A stretch of DNA of 64,000 nucleotides, taken from the NCBI GenBank assembly GCA_951406725.2, contig OX597835.1:45384001-45448000 (forward strand), read 5' to 3'. Both the position numbers and the translations under genes were made by a program. Positions 43,328 to 56,332 of this stretch are shown here, one piece after another. Under the pieces are notes generated by a model that saw nothing but the letters and a program-made list of their open reading frames with translations, ran no database searches and had not been told where the DNA came from. Source of the stretch: Octopus vulgaris. Taxonomy: Eukaryota. Position 1 is the first letter of the stretch. Each line of letters opens with the position of its first letter.

Positions 43328-43399
43328 TGGCTGATGAAGATAGATCAAGTTTATGGGTGCACACATATCTTGAAAAATCTGAAACCTGCGCAGGTCCCA
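43328..43399 (+). ncRNA. Type I hammerhead ribozyme motif with full consensus core and GUC site
   Basis: TGG-CTGATGA-AGAT..TCAAG...CTTGA..ATCT-GAAA-CCTG-CG-CAGG-TC|CCA. Predicted cleavage after 43396. Confidence 0.8.
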
Positions 43400-43587
43400 C
43401 ATTATCCTTTTCCAGGTATTTCATCATTCAGATGTTCTCCTGGAGGTAAGACAATTTTTTTCTAGTTTGTTGCACACACGAATGTTTGCTAGTACATACG
43501 CGGTGAAGCTATACATTAGCGTCGTATTATTACGTTCGCTATTTCCAGTAAATATCGGTACTTCGTTGTGCCATATATTTACTTCTT

Positions 43588-43619
<32 letters not shown>

Positions 43620-43623
<4 letters not shown>

Positions 43624-44219
43624 TAAGAAAGTGACCACCATGTGGTCTACTCTAGCACTAAAAATAGATCTGCAAGGTTTCAGCCACAAAAGAAATTGTT
43701 TCCGTTGAAAGTTATCACTACTACCAGCGCAAATGAACTGGGCAAAAAAACAACAGAATGTAGATTATTTCGAGACAATTGTTTCGCTATTAATAAATTA
43801 TGTGGTTTTACTTACATAAATTTACCTGTAGCTCCTCAGCCGGACACGTCCAGGATACAATTTACTCGATCGCACGCTAGACTTCACCATAATGATAAAC
43901 GCACGTGTGGTCGAGTCGATTGTACCCCCTGTTATAATTCAAGTGCCCCTGTCATCGCCCGCCAAAATTCACGGAAACAAATACTACATCCAAAATTAAA
44001 TGCAGCATAATTATAATCAACCGATAAGGGTGAGAAAATTGGGTACTAATTTAATAGCACATCCAATTACCACCAAGTGGCTTAGTGCATAAAAAATCCG
44101 GATTACGACACATTTTATACATAAATATAAGAGAGTGACCACAATGTGGTCTACTCTAGCACTAAAAATAGATCCGCAAGGTTTCAGCCACAAAAGAAAT
44201 TGTTTCCATTGAAAGTTAG

Positions 44220-44223
<4 letters not shown>
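43620..44223 (-). mobile_element. (TA)n-embedded ~505-bp unit plus ~100-bp terminal direct repeat, carrying a hammerhead
   Basis: 43620-43720 is repeated at 44125-44223. Confidence 0.8.
43771..43842 (-). ncRNA. Type I hammerhead ribozyme motif, GUC site
   Basis: CGG-CTGAGGA-GCTA...TAGC-GAAAC-AATT-GTC|TCG. Confidence 0.78.
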
Positions 44224-44267
<44 letters not shown>

Positions 44268-44691
44268 GTGTGTGTGTATGTGTATATCTGCTTAAACGTA
44301 CTCACATATATTTATAGACAGGAATTGAATTGATTAGCCTTTATCACACAAGATCCTTGCTACATTTCTCGAAATATCTGTGAATATGACACTGTCAATA
44401 ATAATAATAATAATACTTGGCACCAAAATGGAAATCCATAGCCCAAAGAATTGAGTATAAGCAAAGAAGAACTGAAACGGAACATAGCCAAGAGAAGTAG
44501 AGCCTACGTTACAGTAACTGGGGACATGAAACATTGCATGAAATGATAGAATTCTAAATACGTAAGAAATAAAACAAGCACTAACAAAATATTTATTAGC
44601 ATATTAACGGAGCGGAATCAATTTCTGAAACAAAGCGAAATCATATCCCGAATGTTGCGATGTTGAATTTATCGTACTTAATGTTCAAGAA

Positions 44692-44998
44692 GTGGAGGCA
44701 CATGGCCTAGTGTTTAGAACAGCGGGCTGGCGGTCGAGGAATCGCAGGTTCGGATCTCAGACCGGACGATGTGTGTGTGTTTATGAGCAAAATACCTAAG
44801 CTGTATGCCCTTCCGGCAGAAGGGAATGGGAAACCTCTGCTAACTCTTTCGCGCAACATTCTCTCGCGCTTTCCTCCTCCATCTAGCGCCTCACCTGCGA
44901 CGGACCGGCGTCTCGTTCAGGCGGGAAACCTATACATCAATGAAACCGGGAAACCGGCCCTTATGACCCAGGCATGGCTCGAGAAGAAACAAACAAAA
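44692..44998 (+). mobile_element. tRNA-derived SINE related to family C, with V-domain-like segment
   Basis: TGGCCTAGTG A box, GGTTCGGATCTC B box, CCTGCGACGGACCGGCGTCTCGTTCAGG, AAAC tail. Confidence 0.65.
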
Positions 44999-45718
44999 TG
45001 TTCAAGAATAACGAAACTACAAGACTTAGTCCATAAACTACCTGCATACTGTATAATTTTTATAATATAGTAGAGGATGAATGCTAAACTCCTCGCCCGC
45101 CACGTGTACAAACTTTGCCTCTGCTGACTTTTAAGTAGAATAATCTAAACTTGCTTCTTTAAAAATAATCTTCATGCTTCTGATAATCTTGTTTCTTGCC
45201 TCGGAAGCAAAAATGCAACAAAGAAGGAGTGTTTGTTCTAATTATCGTGAAACTTTAAAGTGATGTATTATTTAGTAATTTGGATGAAAGAAATGATATA
45301 ATATATGTGTGCTGCATTACTGGTAGAAAGCAATGAGAAATTGTAGACGATGTAAAAGATCAACTTGATATGAAAGGTCTACTATGAACTTAAAAGGAAA
45401 GGATGATAATCATTTGATAAACCGGACAAAAGGACAAAACGCGAAAGTAGTAAACTGCTATATGATACCAATCATCCTCTAAGAGTAAGAAACATGGACA
45501 AATTACAAAACAAAGAAGACGAAATAGATGGCTTTGATAGCTTTGGTAGACTGTATTTCATAACAGAGACAGTCTAAGTAATGCAGGTGTATGTTGTCCA
45601 AAACGGCAGGTGTCGAAGTGATCTCAGAGCAGCAACTTAAGAGTGCTTTGCTCAAGTACACAAATGACCGCCTGGTCTGGAATCTGAAACCACTTGATTA
45701 TACATCATATACATACAT

Positions 45719-45804
<86 letters not shown>

Positions 45805-45806
<2 letters not shown>

Positions 45807-46019
45807 GTAATCCCTCGGCAATCGCTGATGATACGTTCCAAGAACCACGTGATATCTGAAAACATGCAAATTAGAAACCGTGTTGTATATTTTTAAAATT
45901 ATTTTTTATTATTTCTATATATTCATTTTATTATAAATGTAAAACTGCACCACGGTGGAATCGACATAAGCTTAAGTAATAATCCTCGATAGGGGAGCCG
46001 CGAAAAGGTGAGTGGTTAC

Positions 46020-46020
<1 letters not shown>
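45805..46020. mobile_element. Possible decayed MITE (pogo/Tigger-like)
   Basis: TAGTAATCCCTCG start, internal GCGA/GATA repeats, TTACTATA end, located within microsatellite. Confidence 0.35.
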
Positions 46021-46092
<72 letters not shown>

Positions 46093-47138
46093 TTATATGT
46101 GCTTATATTTGTAAGATTAATTTGACGCCGTATGATTATCAAATAACGATTTGTAGTGCGAATTGGTAAGTTTTACGTCTCGGCGTAACGAACAGCTCCA
46201 TTTAGCACAGACTTCCCATTAAAGAAGAATGGAAAAATTGATGATTTCTTTATTAATAATGCACTTAGTTTGTGAATGTGAGTTGTCTAAACTGAGCGCA
46301 GTATGCTTGACATCCCTTTTCTATTTTGACTTTCGTTTGATAATGACTGTACAATGCTTACACATTCGTGTGTGTGTATACTTGCAAGTACGAGCGTATG
46401 TGTATCTGTGTGTGATTGTTTCGACAACAGACATTTTGTTCGTCATGCAAGATAGTTATCTAAATGAATATGTTTTGTATCCCAGAACGTTAACGGGTCT
46501 ATTAATAGAATTGAAGATGTACGCTTTGGTTTAATTAAAGTTTTGCTGAAATAGCCTGCATTTGAAGCCATTGCGGTCAATGAATAATGCGCAAATTAGT
46601 TCCTTTTGTGATGGTGGGAATAGCGTGAAGGACGGTGAGTTAATTTCAAAGGCTGATCTTTGAGTGGTAGAGTGCAGGAATGGGAAGAGTCTGTGGCCAC
46701 GGTTTGTATACTTTCAAAGAGATCGTGCTTGAAATCACTAAAATGAACACATAAAAAGACGCCAAATTACAGACATAATCCAGACGCGGCCCAGTCAATC
46801 AGATACATACACTATCAAGTGTGCGTATGTAAAATGCACGAATTGATGCGCACCCTGCCCCACACACTCGTAGCCATTTATTTATACGTGTGTGTATGTA
46901 TGTTTGTGTGTGTAACAAATATCCGGACACGCGCACATGAAGCAGATACATTTGCATGTTTCACTACTGTACATGTTCGTACAAACGAATAGTACATTCA
47001 TCTAAGGATGCAAACATGTTATATGCTAGACGTAAACGCACAGTACAAACATGTATATACATACATACATACACACACATATACATACATACAAACATAC
47101 ATACATACACACATACATACACACACATATACATACGT

Positions 47139-47209
<71 letters not shown>

Positions 47210-47446
47210 ATATTATTACAAATTTGAGATTTTACCAACAGAATCGCAACTCCTATTTCAGGACAACCTCATTTTCGGGAATATACATATAAGGTTATAT
47301 CCAATATAATAAAATAATATAAGCATTTTAAAACCTACTGTAAAATACAATAAAGCTATCTAAAGAAATTATTTTTAAAACATTTGAAAAAATATGTATA
47401 CCTTACCTGTTAATAATCTGTGAGGAAAGAAGATATTTTTGATCAA

Positions 47447-47526
47447 CGCTACACGTATTTCTGCGCTGGTGGTGTATTTCTCCAGGCTATACCTAATACA
47501 TAAATCCACCAGTTCGTCCTCAGGCT
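47447..47526 (-). ncRNA. Decayed type I hammerhead motif
   Basis: GC-CTGAGGA-..CTGGTGG...CCACCAG..-GAAAT-ACGT-GTA|GC. The base of stem II is mismatched. Confidence 0.55.
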
Positions 47527-48410
47527 ATTTTTCTTATTGCTATTATTATTAACTGATCAAAGTTAAAATTAGATATTCTAAGACATACTCAATAGAAAAA
47601 TAAGAATATGAATAAAAATGTAATAAATATATAAAACTTACTAATATATTTCTTTTTAATTACAAAATTTAAAAAATTGAAAAATTGAAAAATTAATAAA
47701 ATTAAACTACTAAAAATACAATGCCGAAATATATATAGAACATGCTAAACATAAAGAAACCCTCATCGACTATATTATAAACACATCTAATTCCACCAAC
47801 TATTTATATAAACATTACGGGAATTAATTATTTATCCCTATCTATACAATTATATATTACCATTTCTTGTCAAACGTAAGTTAATATTTAAAAAGTAAAA
47901 ACCTCTCTATATGTTATATATTTATTGAATAAAACTATTAAATGAAACTATTTGCTGCAATTAACAAAGGAAGAATACTTATCGACATAAAGCTTACGCC
48001 TTCCCGTTCATGAGCAAATGGCTGCTCGATCTGTCGTGCTCTAAGTATTATGGGAATAACAGAAATTAAGTAAACTACTCTGAAAAATTCTCTAATACTA
48101 ACAATATTTTTAGAGAAGTTGAATTCAAGGGGAGATAATAACAAGATACTCTGAGATCTAGCTATATTTTGAATTTTGTCTAGTGTTTAAGATTTAGAGA
48201 TTTATGTTATATCAAACGTGTCCTATCTATTCCTTTTAAGGTAATTTCCTTTAAATATATTCCTGGTTCTTGGTATATCCGTTCCTAATACTATATATTT
48301 CTATTATAACTACATTTAACTATCTTCCGCATAAGTGTTTAGATTACATACTGGGGGTGGGGAGCTAATAATTTCATGTATTTTTCATTTTATTATCCAT
48401 AAAGTTATTC

Positions 48411-49478
48411 TTATGTCGACTTAATCCGTTTGTCTGTCCTTGTTTGTCCTCTCTGTGTTTAGCCCCTTTTGGGTAGTAAAGAAATAGGTATTTCTTCAGT
48501 CTTTACGCCCCGAATTAAAATTCCCCCGAGGTCGATTTTGCGTTTAATAATTTCATGGTTGAGGAAATATGTACAAGTCGTGTACGGGGTCGATGTAATT
48601 CACAGGTCCCTTCCTTGAAATTACTGCCCTTGTACAGAAATTTGAAATCATCCTTAATATTCTATTATACTCTAGGCATATGGCCCGAAATTTTTGGGGA
48701 GGCGGCCAGTCGATTAGATCGACCCCAGTAACGCAAATGGTACATAATTTATCGACCCTTAAAGAATGAAAGGCAAAGTCGACCTCACAGGAATTTGAAC
48801 CCAGAAATTTAAGACAAAAGAAATACCGATAAGCATTTCACCCGGCAGGCTAACATTTCTACCAGCTCGCCGCTTTTATCATCTTTAATATTACTAAAGG
48901 CGGTGAGCTGTCAGAAATATTGCTATGCTGGTACGCAACTGATATTTAATTCATCGAACCCAAAATGCAAAGTCTACCTCGGCGGAATTTGAACTCAGAA
49001 CGTAAAGACAGACGAAATACCGCTAAGAATTTCGCCTGGCGTGCTAACGTTTCTGCCAGCTCACCGCCTTTGAAGCCAATATTAGTACTACAAGCATTAC
49101 TATCATAACTGCTTCTGCAACCATTATTAGTCATGATGCCAAAAATGACTTTAATAATAAACAAGACAGCAACAAACACAACACCAGTACTAGTACCACC
49201 AGCACCACAACCACAACCACAACTACCACCACCACCACCAACAACAACAACAGCAACATAATAATAATCCTTTCAACTGAAGGCACAAGACTTGAAATTT
49301 GCGGGGAGGGAACTACTCGATTACATCGACCCCAGTACGTAGCTGGTACTTAATTTATCGTCCCCGAAAGGATGAAAGGCAAAGGCGACCACGGTGGAAT
49401 TTGAAGTCGGACCGTAAAGACGGATGAAATGTTGCTAAGCATTTTGCCGGTCCTGCTAACTGTTCCACCAGCTCACCG
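48411..49478. mobile_element. Cluster of SINE family B copies and fragments in both orientations
   Basis: Copies at ~48411-48645 (+), 48660-48873 (-), 48945-49070 (-) and 49269-49478 (-). Confidence 0.8.
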
Positions 49479-49486
49479 ATTTACCA

Positions 49487-49489
49487 ATG

Positions 49490-49563
<74 letters not shown>

Positions 49564-49596
49564 TAATAATAATAATAAATAATAATAATAATAATG

Positions 49597-49630
<34 letters not shown>

Positions 49631-49863
49631 TAATAATAATAATAATAATGATAATAATAATAATGATAATAATAATAATAATAATAATGATAATAATAAT
49701 AATAATAATAATGATAATAATAATAATAATAATAATGATAATAATAATAATGATAATAATAATAATAATAATGATAATAATAATATTGATAGTACTACTA
49801 CTAATAATAATGATAATAATAATAATAATGATAATAATAATGATAATAAAAATAATAATATTG

Positions 49864-49894
<31 letters not shown>

Positions 49895-49908
49895 TAATAA
49901 TAATGATG

Positions 49909-49966
<58 letters not shown>

Positions 49967-50043
49967 TAATAAAAATGATAATAATAATAATAATAATAAC
50001 AATAATGATAATAATAATAATAATAATAATGATAACAATAATG

Positions 50044-50074
<31 letters not shown>

Positions 50075-50100
50075 TAATAACAATGGTAATAATAATAATA

Positions 50101-50140
<40 letters not shown>

Positions 50141-50337
50141 TAATAATAATGATAATAATAATAATAATGATAATAATATTAATGATGATAATTATAATAA
50201 TAATAATAATAATGATGATAATAATAATGATAATAATAATGATGATAATAATAATAATAATAATAATAATGATAATAATAATAATAATAATAATGATAAT
50301 AATAATAATAATAATAATAATGATGATAATAATAATG

Positions 50338-50371
<34 letters not shown>

Positions 50372-50406
50372 TAATAATAATAATAATAATGATAATAATA
50401 ATAATG

Positions 50407-50437
<31 letters not shown>

Positions 50438-50529
50438 TAATAATAATGATAGTAATAATAATAATATTAATAATAATAATGATAATAATAATGATAATAA
50501 AAATAATAATAATAATGATAATAATAATG

Positions 50530-50563
<34 letters not shown>

Positions 50564-50565
50564 TG

Positions 50566-50600
<35 letters not shown>

Positions 50601-50697
50601 GATAATAATAATAATGATAATAATAATGATGATAATAATAATAATAATAATAATAATGATAATAATAATAATAATAATAATGATGATAATAATAATG

Positions 50698-50728
<31 letters not shown>

Positions 50729-51100
50729 TAATAATAATAATAATAATAATAATGATAATAATAATAATAATAATGATAATATTAATAATAATAATGATAA
50801 TAATAATGATAATAAAAATAATAATAATGATAATAATAATGATACTAATAATAATAATAATAATAATAATGATGATAATAAAAATAATAATAATAATAAT
50901 AATAATAACGATAATAATAATAATGATAATAATAATGATGATAATAATAATAATAATAATAATAATGATAATAATAATAATAATAATGATGATAATAATA
51001 ATAATAATAATAATGATAATAATAATGATAATAATAATGATAATAATAACGATAATAATAATAATAATAATAATAACAACAACAACAACAACAACAATAA
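49487..51100. repeat. 1.6-kb (AAT)n microsatellite with interspersed GAT
   Basis: Direct reading of the sequence. Confidence 0.97.
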
Positions 51101-51104
51101 CAAA

Positions 51105-52270
51105 GGCAATGAATACAAGGGTTGTTTCCTTAATGTGATAGAGCGCAGGTGTTGTTAGGTGGACAGAGAACGAGCCCGAGGAAATGGACAGGAAAAACAG
51201 AAAATTGATGACAATTAACAAGGAACGACTAGTCAACAGCGATACTGACAGGCTGTATGTGCGTCGAAACAGAGGTGGAGGAGGTCGCATAGGATGCAAG
51301 ATCTGTGTTGTCAACGAGACGAACATCATGGTGATGTTTGCCTGCTGTTGTTAGAATTAACAGTATAATACCTAGCGAAAATATGATGCACCCACAAACA
51401 TTTAGGGAACAAGATGAAGAAGAAGAAATAGTAAACATCTGAGAATGAAGCCACTGCATGGGTAATGCCTCGAAGAAAATCGAAGGAGAAGACAAGATCA
51501 ACTCTTGGAGATAGCTAAGGAAAAGTGATCTGAAAGGATGCAGTGAGGCGTTGATATGCAGCATCCCAGATTAAGCTCTGAGAACTAATTAAACCAAGTT
51601 CCAAATAGATAAGAGCAGTGAATCGCCCATTTGTAAGATTAATGGAAGCAGAAACGAAGTAATCTCTAAAGCACTACAGAGTGAGGCACGGTACCGCAGC
51701 TAATTCCGTCCACTGGAGGCTATGTGGAACGTATTGCCTGAACAGAGCATGGAAATAGTAGGAACACGAACCAAAATGAGTCACCCTGAACAAGAAACAT
51801 CAGATACTGAAGGATTCTACAATCCAATGCGACTCCCTAGTGGAGGCTCAGAGACCAGATATTTTTGTGGTAGATAAAAGAAAAAAAACAAAAGTTAAAT
51901 AATACATATTGCAATACTTAGATATGATGGAAATTTACAGACTACTAACAGACGATATTGCAAGAATGTGGACGATAAAGAGAATGTCTATCATTCCAGT
52001 AGTTGTAGGGGCACTCGGAGCACTAACAACCAAGTTCGAGAAATATGGCAAAGAAATCGGAATTGACACGAGAGCAGAGCAAGCCCCCAGAAGTGCTCCG
52101 TTAGGAAAAGCCAGCGTTTTGAGATTGTTGAATGTCTTCGATGTTAAATGTCTCCCACGATAATTAACAACCATAACGTGTGGAAAGAGACCCTGCGAGG
52201 CTTCTGACAGCAGGTTACTGGCCGCTCTCAGAGAATCTACCATTAGAACCAAGACCGAACGTTCTGAGAA
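51105..52270 (+). pseudogene. R4/Dong-like RLE LINE, 5' truncated and decayed
   Basis: SDTDRLYVRRNRGGGG, KPLHG, ALRTN, IQCDSLVEAQRPDIFVVDK, IIPVVVGALGALT..PLGKASVLR. Confidence 0.85.
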
Positions 52271-52289
52271 GCAAAAGATAGTGATACTT

Positions 52290-53430
52290 TCTACGCTAAG
52301 CACAATGTTTGGAATTTGGGGGAAAGAGACTGGTCGATTAGATAGACCCAAGAGTCCAAATGGAACTTAATTTTTCGATACCATAAGGACGAAAGGCAAA
52401 GTCAACTGTGGCAGCGTTTGAACTCAGAACGGAAGAACGGACAAAATGCCACAAAGCATTTGCGGAGCGTGTTAACGAGTCTACCAGCTCGCCTTTTCAA
52501 TAATGATAATAGAAATGGTTTCAAATTTCCCACAAAGGGCAGTAATGTTTGGACATGAGATGAGCCGATTTCATCCACCCCAGTATTCCACTGGTACTTA
52601 ATTTATCGACCCCGAAATGATGAAAGGCAAAGTCGACCTCGGCGTATTTGAACTCAGAACGTAACGGCAGACGAAATACCTATTTCTTTAGTACCCACAA
52701 GGGGCTAAACACAGAGGGGACAAGCAAGGACAGAGAAACGGATTAAATTGATTACATCGACCCCAGTGCGTAACTGGTACTTATTTAATCGACCCCGAAA
52801 CGATGAAAGGCAAAGTCAACCTCGGCGGAATTTGTACTCAGAACGTAACGGCAGACGAAATACCTATTTCCTTACTACCCACGAGGGGCTAAACACAGAG
52901 GGGTCAAACAAAGACAAACAAACGGATTAAGTCGATTATATCGACCCCAGTGCGTAACTTGTACTTATTTAATTGACCCCGAAAGGATGAAAGGCAAAGT
53001 CGACCTCGGCGGAATTTTGAACTCAGAACGTAGCGGCAGACGAAATACCGCTAAGCATTTCATCCGGCATCACCACTTTAATAATAATCATAATAATAAT
53101 AACCATTTCTACTATAGGCAGAAGGACTGTAAGTCGGTTGGGGGTTAGTAGATTATATCGTCGACACCAGTACTTGGCTGGTACTTATTTTATCGAAATG
53201 ATGATTAGATGAACAATAATAAGCATGAATTAAGGCGGCGAACCGGGGGAAATACTGGGTCGTATGCCGTCTGTTTCTACGTTGTGGGTTCAAATTCCGC
53301 CGAGTTCACTTTACCTTTCATCGTTTCGGGGTCAATAAATTAAGTACCAGTTGAGTACTACGTTCGGTCTAATCGACTGGCCCACTCCCACAAAACTTCG
53401 GGTCATGTGCCTAGAGTTGAAAAGAACCAA
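52290..53430. mobile_element. SINE family B cluster including a ~180-bp head-to-tail tandem (52516-53070, minus strand)
   Basis: GAACGTAACGGCAGACGAAATACCTATTTC junction is repeated. Confidence 0.85.
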
Positions 53431-53723
53431 TAACCAGGAAGAAGAAGAAGAAGAAGAAGAAGAAGAAGAAGAAGAAGAAGAAGAAGAAGAAGAAGAAGAA
53501 GAAGAAGAAGAAGAAGAAGAAGAAGAAGAAGAAGAAGAAGAAGAAGAAGAAGAAAGAAAATACGATAACAACAGTGAGAAAAGGTGGAAGTATTGATATG
53601 AGATTTAAAAGTTGTGAAGTAGACATTATTTTCTTTAACATCTCACTGAATTACACAGACTCAGATATGCGTGTGTGTCTGTTAGGCGCTCATACACACA
53701 CAGATACACATGTATATGTATAC

Positions 53724-53773
<50 letters not shown>

Positions 53774-54125
53774 GACACCGTATATATGTGTGTGTGTGTG
53801 TGTCAATCCATCAAATGAGATTGAAAAATATGTCTATTTTACGCTGTTTTTATTATTCAATTTTTTGTATGCATTGTCATTGTTATTGCTGTTGTTGCTG
53901 CTGTCACGGTTATGATATTTTTTCCTGTTTACTTTTTTTTCCTGTTTTATCTTATCGTTTCTTTTTTCTTTCTTCGCGTCAGACTATCATTTTTTTCGCT
54001 ATCTTACGAGGTCTGAAAGTAAACGAAACAGAAAAAAAAGCAACAAGGCACACGCACACACACACATAGAAAACACACAAACACACACATACAAACACAC
54101 ACACACACAAGCATACACACACACG

Positions 54126-54167
<42 letters not shown>

Positions 54168-54340
54168 TTAATATATGCAGGCATGTGTATATATGTGTGT
54201 ATATATAAATATATATGTATATATATATATATAGTTTTATACATATATAATTATGTATATGTATGTACATATGAATATATGTATATATATATATATATAT
54301 ACGTTACATACACATATACATTTATTTGATATACATATAG

Positions 54341-54411
<71 letters not shown>

Positions 54412-55260
54412 AATATATATATATATATATATAAATCAAATAATTCCTCTTTTTATATAAGTTTTGACCAATCCAAAAGTTATTGCAACAGGAAACTTTG
54501 GGAAGTTTTGTCTGTGGAGACGCACTTCAAAGAGAAGAAATATTTCATAGAAATTCTTGTACAGACACAAAACACATACAATAATCCACTGCGAGATAAA
54601 AAATGTAACACAGCAAACCATAAATTAACCCCTAAAAAGCAAACAAACACATATACATACATTCTTTCCAAATCCTAATAGAAATCAACTTCAAGTGACA
54701 TTTGTTCTAAGAATTGGAATGACATACTCACACGCACGGGTCTGCGTATACGCAGAGACAGAAGCCTAAAAGATCGTAAGCATTATTCGATCCGGTTGCA
54801 CATACATATATATATATATATTTACTGATGTAACTATGGTTTGTATATGAATAGATATTGTAATTAATTCGGTACATTTCTACGGCTTTTTGTTTAATCA
54901 TACTTATCTTTTTATCATTTTTGTTTTGTTCCAGTGGAGCAGAATTATATACACTCCGCATCTTTGTCATGGCTGTCTTTGAAACCGACAAGTATTATAA
55001 TTACAAAGACCAGCATAGATGTATAGTTCCACGGAAGATGTGTTTGGCACGGCATCTGTTACCGACTCCGAGCACTCGGCGTACGCGCTAACACAGGCAC
55101 GCGCTCGCATATAACGATATTTGATTCTTTCATGCTTTAATTCTTTCAGATATTGGACTACGGCCATGCTGAGGTACTGCCTTCGGGGACAAACGCAAGC
55201 ACTGAGACCACATACCCGCAATGCACATACACACACACACACACGCACACACACACGCAC

Positions 55261-55314
<54 letters not shown>

Positions 55315-55381
55315 TTACATACATATATCCACGCACAAATATATATGCATATGTATATATAGCTGTGTGGGTATACATATA

Positions 55382-55413
<32 letters not shown>

Positions 55414-55433
55414 GCTGTGTGGGTATACATATA

Positions 55434-55470
<37 letters not shown>

Positions 55471-55473
<3 letters not shown>

Positions 55474-56310
55474 TCAGTAAATGGTGGGGTTGCGTTAACC
55501 GCACGTGGAGAAATGATAGGAGAGGAAAAAATAATAAGGCAGAAGGTAAATTTAATAAAAATGGGGGGGGGGTGAAAAATTAAAGAAGAAAAAAGAAATC
55601 AAACCGGCTTATATGGCAATGCAAATTTTCATGATTTGGAAGAGGAACAGAGTTTTCTTTAAATCGAGGAAAGGGAAAAAATATATTTACAATGTTTTTC
55701 AAAAAAATAGTAATACATATATACAAAAATTTATAAATATGTATACCAATACATTGTAGTGTCTTAGGCCTTGGAAAAACATATTTAGAGGATTAGGATG
55801 CACGTGTTTAAGTGTAGTGTTTATTTTGAAAACTTTCGGTGACTGTGTGTCAAATCAGGAAATGGGGTAGGAGTTACCCAGTTCCTGCGAGTAAGGGGAG
55901 ATAATTCTGTGGATTTTATGCTCTTTAATTTGAATGATGGATTTTTTGTCTGATAGGATGCTAGAAAAAGGAATATGGTCACCGTGGAGTTTGCATATTA
56001 AGACACGTTTAGAATTTTTCAATAAATAATCCTTGTTGATTCTTTCTTGTGTAGAGATTCTGTCTTTACATTGGTAGAAAGGTAATATGTGAAATTTGGG
56101 ATTATTATCTCTAGCACAAGAGTCTATGTGGCTACTGAGTGGAATTCGACGGTATTGTGGGAGATTTATCTGTCATTTATGGACTGCTACTCTTCTGCGT
56201 AAAGGAAGGCTCGTTTGTCCGACATAATTGTGTTGGCAACCGGCGCATGTGAGAACGTAGATAAGGTTCTCGGAGGAACAGGAGAAGTTGGTCTTGATAC
56301 TAAGAAGTCC
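55471..56310 (-). pseudogene. Penelope-like GIY-YIG endonuclease remnant plus 3' region ending at (TA)n
   Basis: IKTNFSCSSENLIYVLTCAGCQHNYVGQTSLPLRRRVAVHK*QINLPQYRRIPLSSHIDSCA..ILPFYQ. Decayed hammerhead-like CTGAT..TGAC-N5-GTCACC-GAAA at ~55828-55860. Confidence 0.85.
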
Positions 56311-56332
56311 TTGATATAAGTTTGCAGATGTT

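Noticed and set aside
43415-43452. Micro-exon between TTTTCCAG and GTAAGA
   Set aside because: It lies in the hammerhead-bearing repeat, and there is no other support.
49473-51329. Long ORFs (618, 514 and 308 aa) and all similar poly-I, YI, HT and M ORFs
   Set aside because: They are translations of microsatellites.
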